Below are positions 24,350 to 38,200 of a DNA stretch of 64,000 bases, piece by piece; position 1 is the first letter of the stretch, and each line of letters begins with the position of its first letter. The translations under genes and the position numbers were made by a program. The stretch is taken from assembly GCF_018977255.1 (NCBI RefSeq), contig NW_024704743.1, positions 108,626,001 through 108,690,000 of the forward strand. Reading direction: 5' to 3'. This DNA comes from Callorhinchus milii (taxonomy: Eukaryota). The notes below the pieces were generated by a model. It had not been told where the DNA came from, did not search any database, and saw nothing but the letters and a program-made list of their open reading frames with translations.

Positions 24350-26651
24350 CTTTGAGGAGTAGTAGGCAGAGATAAATGATCAAATCTCTGCTGTGCCACA
24401 TGGTTTTAAATCTTCTCCTGAACCACTAGAACAGGCAGACAGGATCTCACTTGAACAATTTATCTGAAAGATAGCACCTCCAACAGTGCAGTGATCCCTC
24501 GGTATTGCAATAGAGTGTCAGCCTGGATTATGGGCTCAGGTCCCATTACAACCTTCTAACCCAGAGGCAAGAAGGTCACCATTGGAGCTAAATTTACATT
24601 CTGAGGTTGAAAAGTACTCTCTTGACAGAACTAAACCCAACCAAGGTAGCATGAAAACAATGCATTTGGGAAGCACACAGTTAAACAACTTTGAAACCCC
24701 TGAATGTTATATGTGTGGGATTTGAGTAATTGTCACTTTATCAGCTGGGCAATCTTGTCAACAACTGGGTGACTGGAGGGGTGGGGGCGGAGAATCTGCG
24801 GGTTTCCAGAGTTAACAGTTTTTTTTGTCTTGTTCTTGGAAGGGATGCCACTGGGGCTGCAAGCAGACAATGACAGTGATGATTGTGAAAAGCAGGGAGA
24901 ATGGCTGACAGGACCTTGATTACTTCCTACAAACACTCAGTATTGTCACTCTGGGCCACACAACCACAAGTTGACATGTTGTCAAGTTAAGATTCAACAT
25001 TATCAAAATGTATCCTGTCAACATCAACTCCACTCAATGCAGAGCAACACATTCACTTGCAGATGAGCTTACTGCTTGCCTTTCCTAATACTTACCAGAT
25101 GCTGTGGCACCAGTTCTTTTCAGACAGTAACCTTGATCTATGGTAAAACCATTGCGGATAGTGGACTGCTTTAAAGGTTTTGCCTCTCTTTCCCAATCCT
25201 TAGATTTCTCCGTGCCCCACACAAGGTCCACCACAATAACTTGCATTTTGCACATAGAACAACACGCTATTCAACAACAACAACTCATAATTCTACAGTG
25301 CCTTTCATGTAGGAATGCATTTCAAAGCACTTTACATTGCACTTTACACTTTTTACTTTACTCTTTGCTGGACACTTTACAGTCTTAATTGGAGTCGCAA
25401 ATATTGACCAGGAGTGTCATACATCCCTCGCCAGAAACTCTGTTCTGATGCGATCCACTTCAGAGGGAAGAGTTCACAGATCAGCTTCTGGGACACACTG
25501 CTAATCACCAGCAGTAATCACTTTCTTTTAAAAATATTAGGTTTAAACTCTCCTACCCCACTGCCGCCTTAAAGTGGAGACATTTCACTCCCCCTCCCCC
25601 CATGCCCACGAGTAATCTCAACAATATAGCAGTATAAGTGTCTTGGGACATCCTCCTGTTGTGAAAGGCACTGTATGAATGTCAATTTATATTGTGTTTT
25701 ATTGTGTATAACACTCAAGTGTTTTTATTGGACTTTTAGTGAAATAATGGATGGTGGAGCAAGGTTTGCTGCACCAGTTTTCTGCCACTCTAAAAATTAC
25801 ATTCTAGAGTTTAAAATTTGCTGACAGTGCCACTGAAGAGTTAAACTTCAGTGTAAAAGAGAGCCTCTGCAACTCTACTCTTGTTTCAATCTCTACTCAC
25901 CTGTAAAGGTGCATTTGGAATGAAGGTGGAAATTTCAGCAATAATAAGTTACCTTCTTCTAAGATAATGGTGTAAAAAAACAATCTGAGGTGCAACATTT
26001 TTCTCATGGTCTTAGACTTCAAATTTAAGAATGGGCAAAATTTTGGAAAATCCATAAATTCAGTCTTAATTTGGACACTGGTTTCCCACAATTTTTGGTT
26101 TCAAATTTTAATACAATGATTTTAGGCTAAAAAACATGTGGATTTTCAGTTTCTGATCTAAAATGGATGTAATCCTTAGCATTTCATGAAAAGTACACTG
26201 CAGTCAATTGGAATAATTTCCTACATCAAAATACAATCTTAAGCAATTAACATTTATTGTCTGAGTGGACTGTACTATAGCATTTGGCAACAGTAGACAG
26301 GTCTATTTGTAGAAGTAGACATTTGAACATGTCAACTGACATCAGTTAAAGCATCAGATCAAGTGTGGACATGGTGCTAGTGGTGATAAAAGAATGAAGG
26401 TTATTAAAGAAAATTAAATTAAGATGTTGAAATAGCAAAACCAACAAAATATTATCAATTAGGAAAAATACTTTCTAAAATACATTGAGGTCTAATTGTA
26501 TTTATCAATGGGATTCCTTCTTATTGAATTACCCCCCATTAGAATTCCTATAAACCCACAACCACACTGCTCTAGAAATAGATTGTATAAGAGCAGAATT
26601 CCCCTGGGTCCACATGACAAAAATGCTTCCATTTACCCGAAAGAGTTAACA

Positions 26652-26925
26652 TCAAGAGACCTGGGTTCGATTCCCGGCAGGGCGAAACCTTGGGCAAGTT
26701 TCCTTATTCCACATGCCTGATAATAATCCCTCATGAAAAAAAACAATAATAAATTGGTCACTTTAATCCACAACTGTTTGTGGGACACTGCTGTGCGCAG
26801 CTGCCGGTTTCGCCCACAAAATATACAATCAATTCACATTACAATATATTCTGTGAAGCCCTTTGAGACATTTAGAAGACATGAAAAGTGCTACATCAAA
26901 TGCAAGGAATATTATTATTATTATT
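26652..26925 (+). mobile_element. SINE, short subfamily, 5'-truncated
   Basis: Starts at gagacctgggttcgattcccggcagggcg; same body and (tta)n tail. Confidence 0.88.
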
Positions 26926-26994
26926 AGTTACGTGACTTGAATTCCTTATTGAAGAATCCTGTAACACTATCATGTTGGTGTTAGCCTTGCACAG

Positions 26995-27325
26995 TTTGTA
27001 GCAGGCTGAGTCAGAGGTTGTGGACGTCACATCGGGACTTTGAGTTCATAGTCCACAGCACTCCAGTGCAATGCTGGGAATATGAGCTATTGTCAAGGTC
27101 TCCCATCTGCCTGTTCAGATGGATGTTAAAGTTTGCATTGCAACATTTGAAAAGTTAAACTAGTTTCTACCAACTATTCCCCATATAAAAATTAGTCATT
27201 AACTTCATGGCTGTTTGTGGGACTTTGCTTGTTCAAATTGGCTCGAATACATCGTTACTACACTTTATAGAAAATCCTGTGAAGTGCTTTGAAACTTTTT
27301 GATGATGGAATAAGGCACTATTAAA
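26995..27325 (+). mobile_element. Older DeuSINE copy, internally deleted
   Basis: ctgagtcagaggttgtgg, ccatctgcctgttcagatggatgttaaag, gctgtttgtgggactttgc. Confidence 0.65.
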
Positions 27326-28549
27326 AAAAGTTTAATTCCACTTTACAGTGTATCCTGTGAAGCACTTTGAGATTTCCCCTGACCTGAAAAGCACTATGCC
27401 AAATGTAACTATTATTGTATCAAATGCAAGGATTACTATCTATCATTATTATTATTATTTAGACCCCCAATGTTTTCAATTCAAAGCACAGAGCAAGTAA
27501 GGTCACAATACAAAATTTTGGCTTTTTTGTAAGTGTAAGCCTTAAATTTAGCTCAGTACTTAAACATACAAATCTGGGGCATGCAATTCCTTGTTTTATT
27601 CATATTTCCGAGTCAGTTGTGACTATGTAAGGGTATTCAGTGCAGTGAATCAGGTACGCCGTGAACTGAGTTGTGATGTCCCAATCTCATTCCATTTAGG
27701 ACCCTTAACAGCTGTCAGAGAGAGATAGAAGATTTTCAGCCCATCTGTCTGGGTTACAGGTCTCAGAGGTGAAAGGACAATGTTCTAACCCACTGGACTC
27801 CCAGGACACAGAACTTCAAGGTTGATTTTTAGAATTATTGGTGGGAGGAAAGAAAAGGAGTAAAGGCATTTTGTACTGTGTCCTTTTTCTAACAATGTGC
27901 AGCAATTCATCTTTTCTGTTGGCCTATCCTGATGTCTCGCTTTGAAGAATGCTTATTTTTCAAGTGGATCAGAGAACATTAAGCTATAGTGGACAGGTTG
28001 CCTAGGACTGCTGTTTCAAACATCTTGTCCCATTTTGTCTTATTAGCAAGGACCGACTGAGCATGAAGGTGTTCTTTGCCTGTCAGTTGATAAAGTGCGC
28101 ACACTTTTCTTATCTCCTCTCTGACTTCCCCTTGTCTAATCTGTGCCTGCACGCTTATCATCTGTGCAGAGGGAATGCTATCCAATTAATTCATTATGCT
28201 AATTTAACAGCACACATCATTAACCTAATGTATGAAATATAGAAACAGTGGTAAATTAATCATCACCGATGTAATGTTCAAATTTATTCTGAAACATCAA
28301 TTAACCACAAATATGCACCTTTGAAATGATGTATTAGAAGTTATATTTTTATTCTTGGTAACACTAACCCCTCCCTAGATATTTGCTGGCCACAACTATA
28401 AATTGTGGTTTAATGCTGTTTATTGATTTAGGTATTTTTACATTTGTATTATTTTTACAGATAGAGTTATATGCACAGTTGAACAATATGCAGAGTCTTT
28501 CAAACACAACATCACTTGCATTTTCATATTCTTGTAGAAAGTGACCAAT

Positions 28550-28985
28550 GTAATCATAATCATCTTTCCATTTGATATAGCACCTTCTCACATTGACAAA
28601 ATATCTCAAAAGGTTTCACAAGATTTTGCTCTAAAGTGTAGCAACTTTATAGTTGCAAGCCTGGAAACCAATTTGTCCACAGCAATGTCCCACAAACAGC
28701 CATGAAGTGAATGGACAATTTTATCTGGAGAATGGTTGGACAGGACACCAGGTTAAACTCGCTTCTCTTTTCAAATCGTGCAACATGATCTTTAATGTTC
28801 ACCTAAATAGGCGGGTGGAACCTTAGTTTAATGGTTTATCTGAACGACGACAGCACCTCAAGCAGTTTAACATTCCCCTAGCACTGCATTGGAACGCCAG
28901 CCTAGAGCTCAAAGCAAAAATGTGAGACCTGAATCCACAGCCTTCTGACTCAGAGATGAGAATGTTCTACCAACTGAACTCGGCC
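28550..28985 (-). mobile_element. Older DeuSINE copy
   Basis: Tail, cagcaatgtcccacaaacagcc, core and ccttctgactcagag head. Confidence 0.75.
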
Positions 28986-29607
28986 TACAGCACTTATGCA
29001 GTGGAAACTAAGATTTCTGGTTCTCCTCTGACACAGTCACACTTTGATTATATCATCTTAACTGGATGAGATTTTTCTAGTTGAACTGAATGGTATGATT
29101 CAGTGCTGTAGATTCTATCAATGTAATTTCACAGTCCATTGTTTATTAAGTGTATGACTTGATGCCTCCTTGAATTTTCTGAAAAACTTTCAGTAACAAC
29201 TCTGTTCTATTAAACAATTTAAAGCTTATGAGGCACTTCCTAGGCCCTAAGAGCTATTCAAAACTTTAACTTGTATATTTTTCCAGATTTTGACTTTATT
29301 GTCATCATTCTCTGGTTTTAATAAATTGTCTATTTTACAGAATTAGGCAGATAGATTCCTTCTGAAACCAGATAATTTCACTGTATTTCTCTTCAATTGA
29401 TGTTCACTGAGCTTGGTTGGTTCAACTCTACTGCAGGCATCAAATCCATTTGGCTGCTATTACACATAAATATGACCAATCTCTTGCTGAATAAATTAAC
29501 AAACTCAAAAAAAATGACACGTCCTCATGCTTCCAGAAAAATAGCTGTATCTCTCTGATCAGTGGTAATGCAAAATAAAAGAGCCCTATTAATCCTGCTA
29601 GTCCTGT

Positions 29608-30133
29608 GGAGTACTGCTGCTTAGTGGTCAGAGCACTTGCCTCGCAAGCGAGAGAACCTGGATTTGATTCCCAGGCAGGGCAAACCATTGGGCAAGTTTC
29701 CTTACTCCACACGCCTCTGTTTACCTAGCAGTAAATAGGAACCCAGTTGTCAGTCGATTGATGGATCGCTTTTCCGGGGGAAGTAATTCCTTCAAAGACT
29801 AACAATAAATTGCGCGTAGCAGTGTCCCACAAATAGTTGTGGATTGAAGTGGAGACCTGTAGCTCAGTGATTAAAGCACTCACCTTGCAAGTGAGAGATC
29901 TAGGTTTGATTCCTGGCAAGGCGAAATGTTGGACATGTTTGATTAATGTTCGATTAATATAATTTTTTGGAAGGAATTATTACCCCTGCCAATCAACTAA
30001 TAACCAGGTTCCAACTTACTGTTAGGTAAACAGAGGCATGTGGAGTAAGGAAACTTGTCCAACATTTCGCCCTGCCAGGAATCGAACCTAGGTCTCTCAC
30101 TTGCAAGGCGAGTGCTTTAACCACAGATCTCCA
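29608..30133. mobile_element. Rearranged cluster of three SINE heads (+, +, -)
   Basis: + head 29608-29812; inverted body piece to 29850; + head 29851-29935; - copy 29955-30133. Confidence 0.85.
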
Positions 30134-32434
30134 TATGATGAGGAACTTATTGTTATGTTTGGAATGCAGTATTGCATTTTGATCATTTGGGCTCTTATGT
30201 GAAATGGCCTATTTGTGCTTTTTGCATCAATGAAACAAATGAACAATGTTCAGCTGATGGCTGTAGGGCTTCAGTGCTGGAGAAATACAGTCAACAAGTA
30301 TGCACAGTTCCAGCTAGCATGTATTACAATTAACCATGTACTGTACACACAAATGTCTTTCAGGAATGGACATAGATTAAATGCACTTACTTGCGCTGCA
30401 AAATAAAGAAAAAAAATGTGTTCTTTGCAGGTAATATTGGCATACTATAGTAATAAGCAGGAAAGAACAGTAGGCATGCTATCCCCTTGACCTGAAGGGC
30501 TTAACTGCATCACAGGTAAAATTGATGCCCTACCTTCACAAAATCTACAGGAGACACTGTTCAACAACAACATCTTGCTGTTATATAGCACCCTCCATGC
30601 AGGGTAGTATCTCAGATCGCATTACTATTTGGCAACATAATGTTTATAGCCAAATCACCCAAAAATACACTTTAAAGAAAATCCTCAAGTAAAGCATTTT
30701 GAGACATCCTCCTGATGTGAAAGGCACTATCTCTTATGTTAGGATTATTATTATGTTATCTGTTAAATCAGTCCAGGACCCAGAGGCATTGCACAGGAGA
30801 GCAAGAAAGCTGATTTCAGTGTTAAAGGCATGAGCTATGAACAATGATAAGATTGAGCTCTTCAGCCTTGCGAAGGGATTTTAACAGGTGTTTGAAATAT
30901 TTGGGTGGAATACCATACATGAAACAAACAACACTATATCCATATTGCACCTTTCGTGTAATGTCTCAAAGTGCTTCACACCCGACTGTTACCTTGATTT
31001 AATGACTCATCCAAAGGATGGCACCTCCAACATTGCAACCTTGTATCTGAGTGTCAGCCCAGACTACAAGCTCAATGTCCTGATGTGGGGCTTGTGGGAC
31101 TCAAAGGCGAGAGTGCTACCAACTGAGCCAGACTGACATCCACGATCATTGCTAAAGTATATTCAGCAGAACATGAAATGCCTTTGTTTGTTCAATCTTC
31201 TGTTCTTTAAGTGGAAATTAACGACCAAGTGAAAGTATTCAAAAGTTTTTCCTTGTATCCAGTCCTACAATCTGACACATAAATTGATTATTCACCATAT
31301 AGTGATTTGTGAAATCCTGTTGTGCTCAAAATGGCTACTGCATTTTGCCTAAATAAAGAATATCTACACTTGACACCAATTACCTTAAAAGGTTTTGAGA
31401 AGTTTTGACATAATAAGAGGCTATAAAAATGTAAGTTCTTTCTTTCTTACAGAAGGATTACTGCCCAGCGTAAGGCATGGGGTGATAAGCTGGAATTTAC
31501 TGGTACAGTGAACATTGTATGTATGTATGTATGCTGAGTTTTCTTACTGCACAGTAATCTCTGTATCATGCACATAAAACCTTTGCAACTTGAATTTTGT
31601 ACAGATGAACACTGCAAATCCAGACAATACTCGTCCAAACCAATTAAGTAACCGATCCAAGTTTGTGCCCTCACGTAAAAAAGAAAGCATGAGAAATTGT
31701 CTTTGTCAGAGCGGGTGACCACAGACTTTGTAGAAGAGGGCTTAAACAAGCATATCTTAGCCTCCAGGTCAAAAGGAGATAATAACAACCTTTCAGATGG
31801 CAAAAAACTATAGCAATGCACTGATGTGTTCTTTTTTTCACTTGGACAGATAGCTGCATTTTTAATGCTGTTTCTTTTACTCTGTAACTGCCGATGCAAT
31901 GCCAACAGCACTTTGACAGTGATATGAAGAGAGAACCGCATACCAAGCTGTGGAATAGGGAAAATAGAGCTCCCTGTGACGTCAGGTTAATCATTACTTA
32001 CTGACAGGCACCGTGTGGCCCTGCCAGAGTTTTACAATAAAGTTTTAAATTCAGCTTGGGGCAGAACGAACAACTATACAAAGGAAGTAAAAAAGCAATG
32101 GCGATTAGTTCTTGCATTGTGATCTTACCAGCTCTACACTGGGACTTTAGAAACTGCTTTTGCCACCTTTATCCTGAAAATCTGAAGACAACACTGCATC
32201 ATAACATCACAGCCTTGCCCCAACCAATCTCTGCGACCTCCTCAAACCGTACCAATTTAGCCACTCCCTTTGCTCAGCGCCTTGAGACGCCCTTCCGACA
32301 TGAAAGGTCTATACAAATGTAATCTTGTTGTGCTGTTGTTGTTGTTGTTCAGTGGGCAGTTTCACGTCCCCCTCCATATACCCTCCACCATTGTTGGTCG
32401 GGCTGTTGGCTTATCTCCGCCCTCCAACTCAGCT

Positions 32435-32737
32435 ATAATAATAATAATAATCCTTGCATTTGATATAGCGCTTTTCACGTCGGGAGGACGTCCCAAAGCG
32501 CTTCACAGAACACACTGTAAAGTGAATTGACTGTATATTTGTGGGTGAACGCGGCAGCCAATTGCGCACAGCAATGTCCCACAAACAGTCGTAGATTGAA
32601 AATGACCAATTTATTATTGTTTTTGTTTTTGGAGAGATTATTATTAGGCTCTGTGTGGAGTAAGGAAACTTGCCCAAGGTTTCGCCCTGCCTGGAATTGA
32701 ACTCAGGTCTCTCGCTTGCACTGAGCTACAGGACTCC
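32435..32737 (-). mobile_element. Young SINE, short subfamily (small deletion in tRNA head)
   Basis: Reverse complement nearly identical to 56842-57177 apart from an ~18 nt head deletion. Confidence 0.93.
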
Positions 32738-33687
32738 AGTTAATAGCATTCTTGCCTCTGGGTCAGAAGGTTATGGGTTCAAATTCCACACTGAAGGTGC
32801 CCTGAAAGCGCAGCTAAAGAGGTAGGTCTTGAGGCGGGATTTGAAAGCAGAGAGGGAAGAGGCTGAGAAATCTTTGGATAATTCACTTACAGCCTTTCAA
32901 AAATGACGTACAAACCACCCATAACTTCTTCTTACGCTGGCAAATTCCATTGTACTACAGTCCAGTGCTCAGTAGTTGAGGACTCAGGCTGTTTGCTTCA
33001 GTGGCATTTTGATGAGGAGTCTTCATCTCACCAGTGGAATTCTTTTTTCCAGGTTATTAAACTATAAAGGGCAGAGCATTGGCCATGAAATATTTTAATA
33101 CATAGACATGGGACTTACTGAGAGCAGTGAAAAATATCTGCCCCAGTCAGCAAAACTGTGCAGAGCCCTTACACCATATCAGAAATCCATCTCAAGATTA
33201 ACGAAATTATGGATCAAGTTGAGCACTCTGAGCCTGTGTGAAGGGTACTGTATAAATGCAAGTTGTCATTGTTATAGTTGTGCATTACAATTTAACTTAA
33301 GATTTGCAGACAAGTAAAATTTACCACGATATCAATACTGTATGATGAAGTTTTTAATATTATTTCCAATGCATTTTACTGTCCAGCGCCTTGGGATGTC
33401 CTCCCAACATGAAAGGCGCTATGCAAATATAATTTTGTTGTTGTTGTTATTGTACACTTCATCCTATCTAAATATCCATCAGTTGACATTCTTATTTGTT
33501 TTCTCCTAATCCCAACACATACACACACACACATACACTCACTCATTCTCTTACAAACACACAGCATTGCCATCCAAACAAGCATTGCGTCAACATAATC
33601 AAATCTGTCTCTAATAAATGGTGTCAGTGAAAGTGTTTTCAAGACGAGTTTAGTTTATTCATGTGAAGTCCAAAGCTTTAAACGTCT

Positions 33688-33706
33688 TTGCCAGTAGATG
33701 GCGCTA
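33688..33706 (+). promoter_or_regulatory. CTCF motif
   Basis: ttgCCAGTAGATGGCGCta, matching core CCASYAGRKGGCRS, CpG retained. Confidence 0.7.
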
Positions 33707-33774
33707 TGTGAATGGTAAACAACAAAAGTACACAATGTCAGAAACAGCATCAACACTGCTAAAATAAGTATGTT

Positions 33775-34121
33775 AAATAATAATCCTTGTGTTTCATGTA
33801 GTGCCTTATCACATGGTCAAAGTTTCTCAAAGTGCCTCATTAGATTTTACAGTAAAGTGCACTTGTAATGGAACATGGCAGCTATTTGCATACAGCACCA
33901 CCCCACAAACAGTAATGAAGTGAATGACCAATTGTTTTAATTAAAGAAATGTTGGCCAGGACACCAGAGAAGCTGCCTTCTATTTTAAAATAGTGCCATA
34001 CTGCTTCCCCAGTGCTGCACCGGAGTAACAGCCTAGATTGTGAGCACAAAGGGCCAACATGGAGCTTGAACTCACAACTTTCTGATTCAGAGGTCAAAAT
34101 TCTACCTACTGAGCCAGGCTG
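33775..34121 (-). mobile_element. Older DeuSINE copy, core deleted
   Basis: taataatccttg tail, gttggccaggacaccag, ctactgagccaggctga head; abuts the L2 tail at 34122. Confidence 0.72.
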
Positions 34122-35200
34122 ACAACAACAACTTGCATTCATGTAAGCCTTTCACACTGGGCAACGTCCCAGAGAGCTTAACCGTGGTGGAATCTGATCC
34201 AGAGCCAGGAGGAGAAGGAGGTGACTATAAGCACAATCAAAAAAGAAAGTCTTTAGGGGGGATTTGAAAGTGGAGAGGGAGGGGCAAGGCGAAGGGATTG
34301 AGGAAGAGAGTTCCAGAGTTTTGGGGCGTAGTGACTGAAAGCACGGCCACCTATGGTGCAGTGGAGGGGGCGAGGGATGAACAGGAGGCCGGAGCTGGCC
34401 GCAGCGGGTGGTGGAGTGGGGGGTAAGCATATCGGAAAGGTAGGGCATGAAGGGATTTGAGAACGAGAGAGAGGATCATGAAGTCAATCCGTTCAGAAAT
34501 TGGGAACCAGTGCAGCCTGACAAGGATTGGTGTGATAGGGGTCCGGAGTTTTGTGTGGGTTAATATCCGGGCGGCGGAGTTCTGCAGTAAATGTGTTTTA
34601 TGTATGGTGGAACTGGGAAGGCCAGCGAGGATGCCATTTGAAAAGTCCAGCCGGGAAGTGACAAAGGTGCGGATGAGGGTTTCGGTTGCCATGGGTGTGA
34701 TGTAAGGATGGAGGTGGGCAATGTGGCGGAGGTAGAAAAAAGAAGAACTGATCAGGGAACGGATGTGGGGGATAAAGGAAAGCTGTGTATCAAACCTAAC
34801 ACCTAGTTTGCGCACGGGTTCGGTGAGTCTGAGGGAGAGCCCAGGGAGGTTGGGGAGTTCAGACCCGCAGGAAAGAAGAAGTTGATGGGAGCCAAAGCGT
34901 ATGGCTTCTGCCTTGCCAATGTTCAGCTGCAGGAAATTTAGGCTCATCCAAGCCTTGATGTCCATCAGACAAGCTGACAGGACATCAGCGGACTGGGAGA
35001 CGCAGCTGGAGGAGAAAGAGAAGTAGATTTGGGTGTCATCCACATACTGTGGGAGTTGAGCCCATGTCTGGGGATGACATCGCTGAGAGGGAACGTGTAA
35101 ATGATGAAAAGAAGGGGGCTAAGATGGAGCTTTGGGTACCTTGCAGGTGACCAGGCAAGGGTGGGAGGAGAAACCGTTTCACTGTTCACTGACAACAAGG
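34122..35200 (-). mobile_element. 5'-truncated L2-type LINE
   Basis: ORF 34351-35043(-): DDTQIY...DIKAWMSLNFLQLNIGKAE...FVTSRLDFSN...LHWFPI; LSPLLFIIY upstream; (caa)n tail at 34122. Confidence 0.92.
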
Positions 35201-38200
35201 TCTTATGATATATATAGTAGTACTGTATCATTAAATGAACGCGTTGAGGTAAAAGTCTATCTCACCTATATGCATTCATTTAGTAATGACTTTCATAACG
35301 GATCATTTTGTATAACAACAACAACAAAATTGACAGAACTTACAAGGAGACAATAAATTAACCCTGAGGGTTTTACTTGTTCTCTATGTGCACAAGAGAA
35401 CAAGTCCAGGGTTGAGGAGGGAAGGTTTAGGACAAAACACCAAGAAGTTTTTCTCGACCCACAGGTGAGAATTAACTGGAATGGATTATCAGGAAAGGTG
35501 GTTGCAAAGCCAAGACACTGAATCATTTGTGAAACAACTTGATGTTGCAATGTAAGCAGATTCATTATTTTTTTTGGTCTCACACACAGACACCCATCAC
35601 CATGCTTAAGAGTATCCAACTCAAACTAAGAGTTCCAGGTATCCCACCTATACATGGAAATTTCAGATTCATTGTACTGTAGTAAAAAGCTAAATAGAAC
35701 AGTCCAGTGAGAATGTTTTTGTGGTTTATGACGTTGCTCACAAAACACCCACAGTCACTCCACGTTACAGTAAATCATGTGAAGCATTTGGGACATCGTC
35801 CTGAAGTGAAAGGCTCTATTACAAAATGTAAGGCTTAATATTATTTATCATTGACACAACACTTGTCATCCCCTGAAACTTAAAATGACTATGTTCCACT
35901 GATCCCTCTGATGCGTTTTGTTTGTGACACAAGTTTGTGTTTAAAATAGTTAAATTGGCATTGATTATTTGAATTGATTCATTTTATTTCTCCAGGCAAC
36001 TTGAACAATAGTTATGCTGAGAGAGGTTTGTAAGCATATTCCATAATAAGCTCTATGGAGACAGGACTTTGCTGAGTGTCACATGAAATGCATTTCACTG
36101 GAGGCATATTACCACTCGAAGTACTGTACAAAGATGTCCATTAAGCTGTTGTGAAAGTCACATTCAAAATGTGCTGTTTCCTTGGTATTAGAAGGCATTG
36201 TTGACCTGAAGCTCATGAAACTGCACTGCACTGTGTTTGGAGTTTGTCAGGTCTTCCTTTAACATTTTTATATTTTGTGGGGTCTCTTTTTTAATCCTCA
36301 GTTTGGATTTTGCTTCCTACAAAAGCTTTCAGTAACCTCATCGAATCGCAATGTTGAAGTACCGCACAACTAAGGCAGAGTTGTTAATTCTGTTTGCATT
36401 AATTGTCGATGTGTAATAGTACCTTAACAGCAGCTCTTTTATTCTTCACCAAGAGATGTACAGCTTTGGAAGTAAATTGTTATTTGCAGAATATGGACTT
36501 GAAAATCACAGCAGTTGCAAAGCTAATTGGACTTATAAGGTTTGAGCATTGCTTGGACAAAAGACCCTTTGTATATACTTACCTTACGTGTACACTACAG
36601 GACAGAAAGCGAGACAAAAATTCTCAAAATCTACAAATGATGTGACCTCATGTTACAGGCAACACAGTAGGTAACACAAAAGATGCAACAGTTTAAAGGT
36701 CATCACAAAGAATAAAGATGTAGGGTGCTGCAGAGAGCAAATCTCTGCACACATTGGCCAAATTACAGCTATTTTAACTGTTACATTGAATATTGCCCTC
36801 TTCCTCCTTTGTACAGAGTTAAGTTAAACAGTTCATTGATGAGATCTTATATAAATCATAAACTTTTCAACTTAAAAAATGTGTTAAATTGTCAAGATGA
36901 TACCCAGCGCCTTGGGACATCCTCCCAAAGTGAAAGGCACTATACAAATGTAATTTTGTATTGTATTGTAATGGATACATTTTAAATAAAATGATGTGAA
37001 CACTATTCTACATATACATAATATCTGAAATAAAGCTTTGTTCTCAGTGTTGACTTAAATCATCACTGGATTCAAAAATGTTTGCTTGTAAGTCTTTTTG
37101 TGTTTTCGGCACTGAGGTAATCAAACTCACAGAGAAGGATGTTTCCTTTAAGAAACCTTTATATAGCAATGTGCATGATATAGAAAGTATTTTACCAATC
37201 CAGGGAAAAGTGTAACTTTCTTTCTTCTGCTTGTGAGCCTTCTTGTTTCTGTCTCTTCTATCTTCCCAGGAAAGCTGTTCCAACTTCAGACTAGTTAGTG
37301 TCCAATATTTATACCCATGAATAAATGAGTTTTTGTGACTTTTCCTTGCTCTGGTCATCACCACAAAGCCATCCAGGCATTGTTCTGAATAACCATAAGT
37401 TCATCTGGTTATTACACATACAGATACTATTTCCTTTTCTTACTTTGACATACAAAGACCCTCTGTTTACAGATCTTGTTTTCACACAGACCATCTGTTA
37501 CACATCCTCTTTTCACACAATTACAGTGGACATGGTCAAGGATGTTCAAGTAGTCTACAGGACACATACACACTTTACTTATTAAAAATGCCGACACTTA
37601 CACTTCACATTACATTTGAGCATCCCAGGCTGCATATAAAAATTGTCCATGCTTTATTATTATTATTGTGAACCTTGTGCTCCCAATAAACCATGTGAAC
37701 TAGCATTGTGTACTTTACTCTAAATCAGTGATACCACACTTATTTGAAATTGTTGCTGTTTTCTACATGTTAACCATTATGTTTGTGTTTTATCATGGGT
37801 GTGAATGCTTGACTTTTACATTTTATTGAAACTAATATCATGTCAGTTCTAGCTTTTTATTTCATTCACTACTGAAGGCACATTTGTGATTACTTCCATT
37901 ATAATCCCCAATGCTAGGAAGACACCAGATGGCATCATAATTACAACTGTGCCAAGTAGATGTGGGCTGTAACAAGCGAAATCACAATGTGGGTGGAGGT
38001 GTAGTAAACTGGTTAATAAAATGTGTCAAAATATTCTTCCAAGGAATATCTGTCTGCTTTTTGAATTGAAAATGCTCTTACCATTGAGTTAATTCCTCTA
38101 CCAGAGCTTACAGTTAAAGTGTAAAGAATAAGATGTACAAGAACATGTAAGTTTTAAATTCCACCTAAAAAGCTACCTCTTCAACTGTGCCTATGGACCA

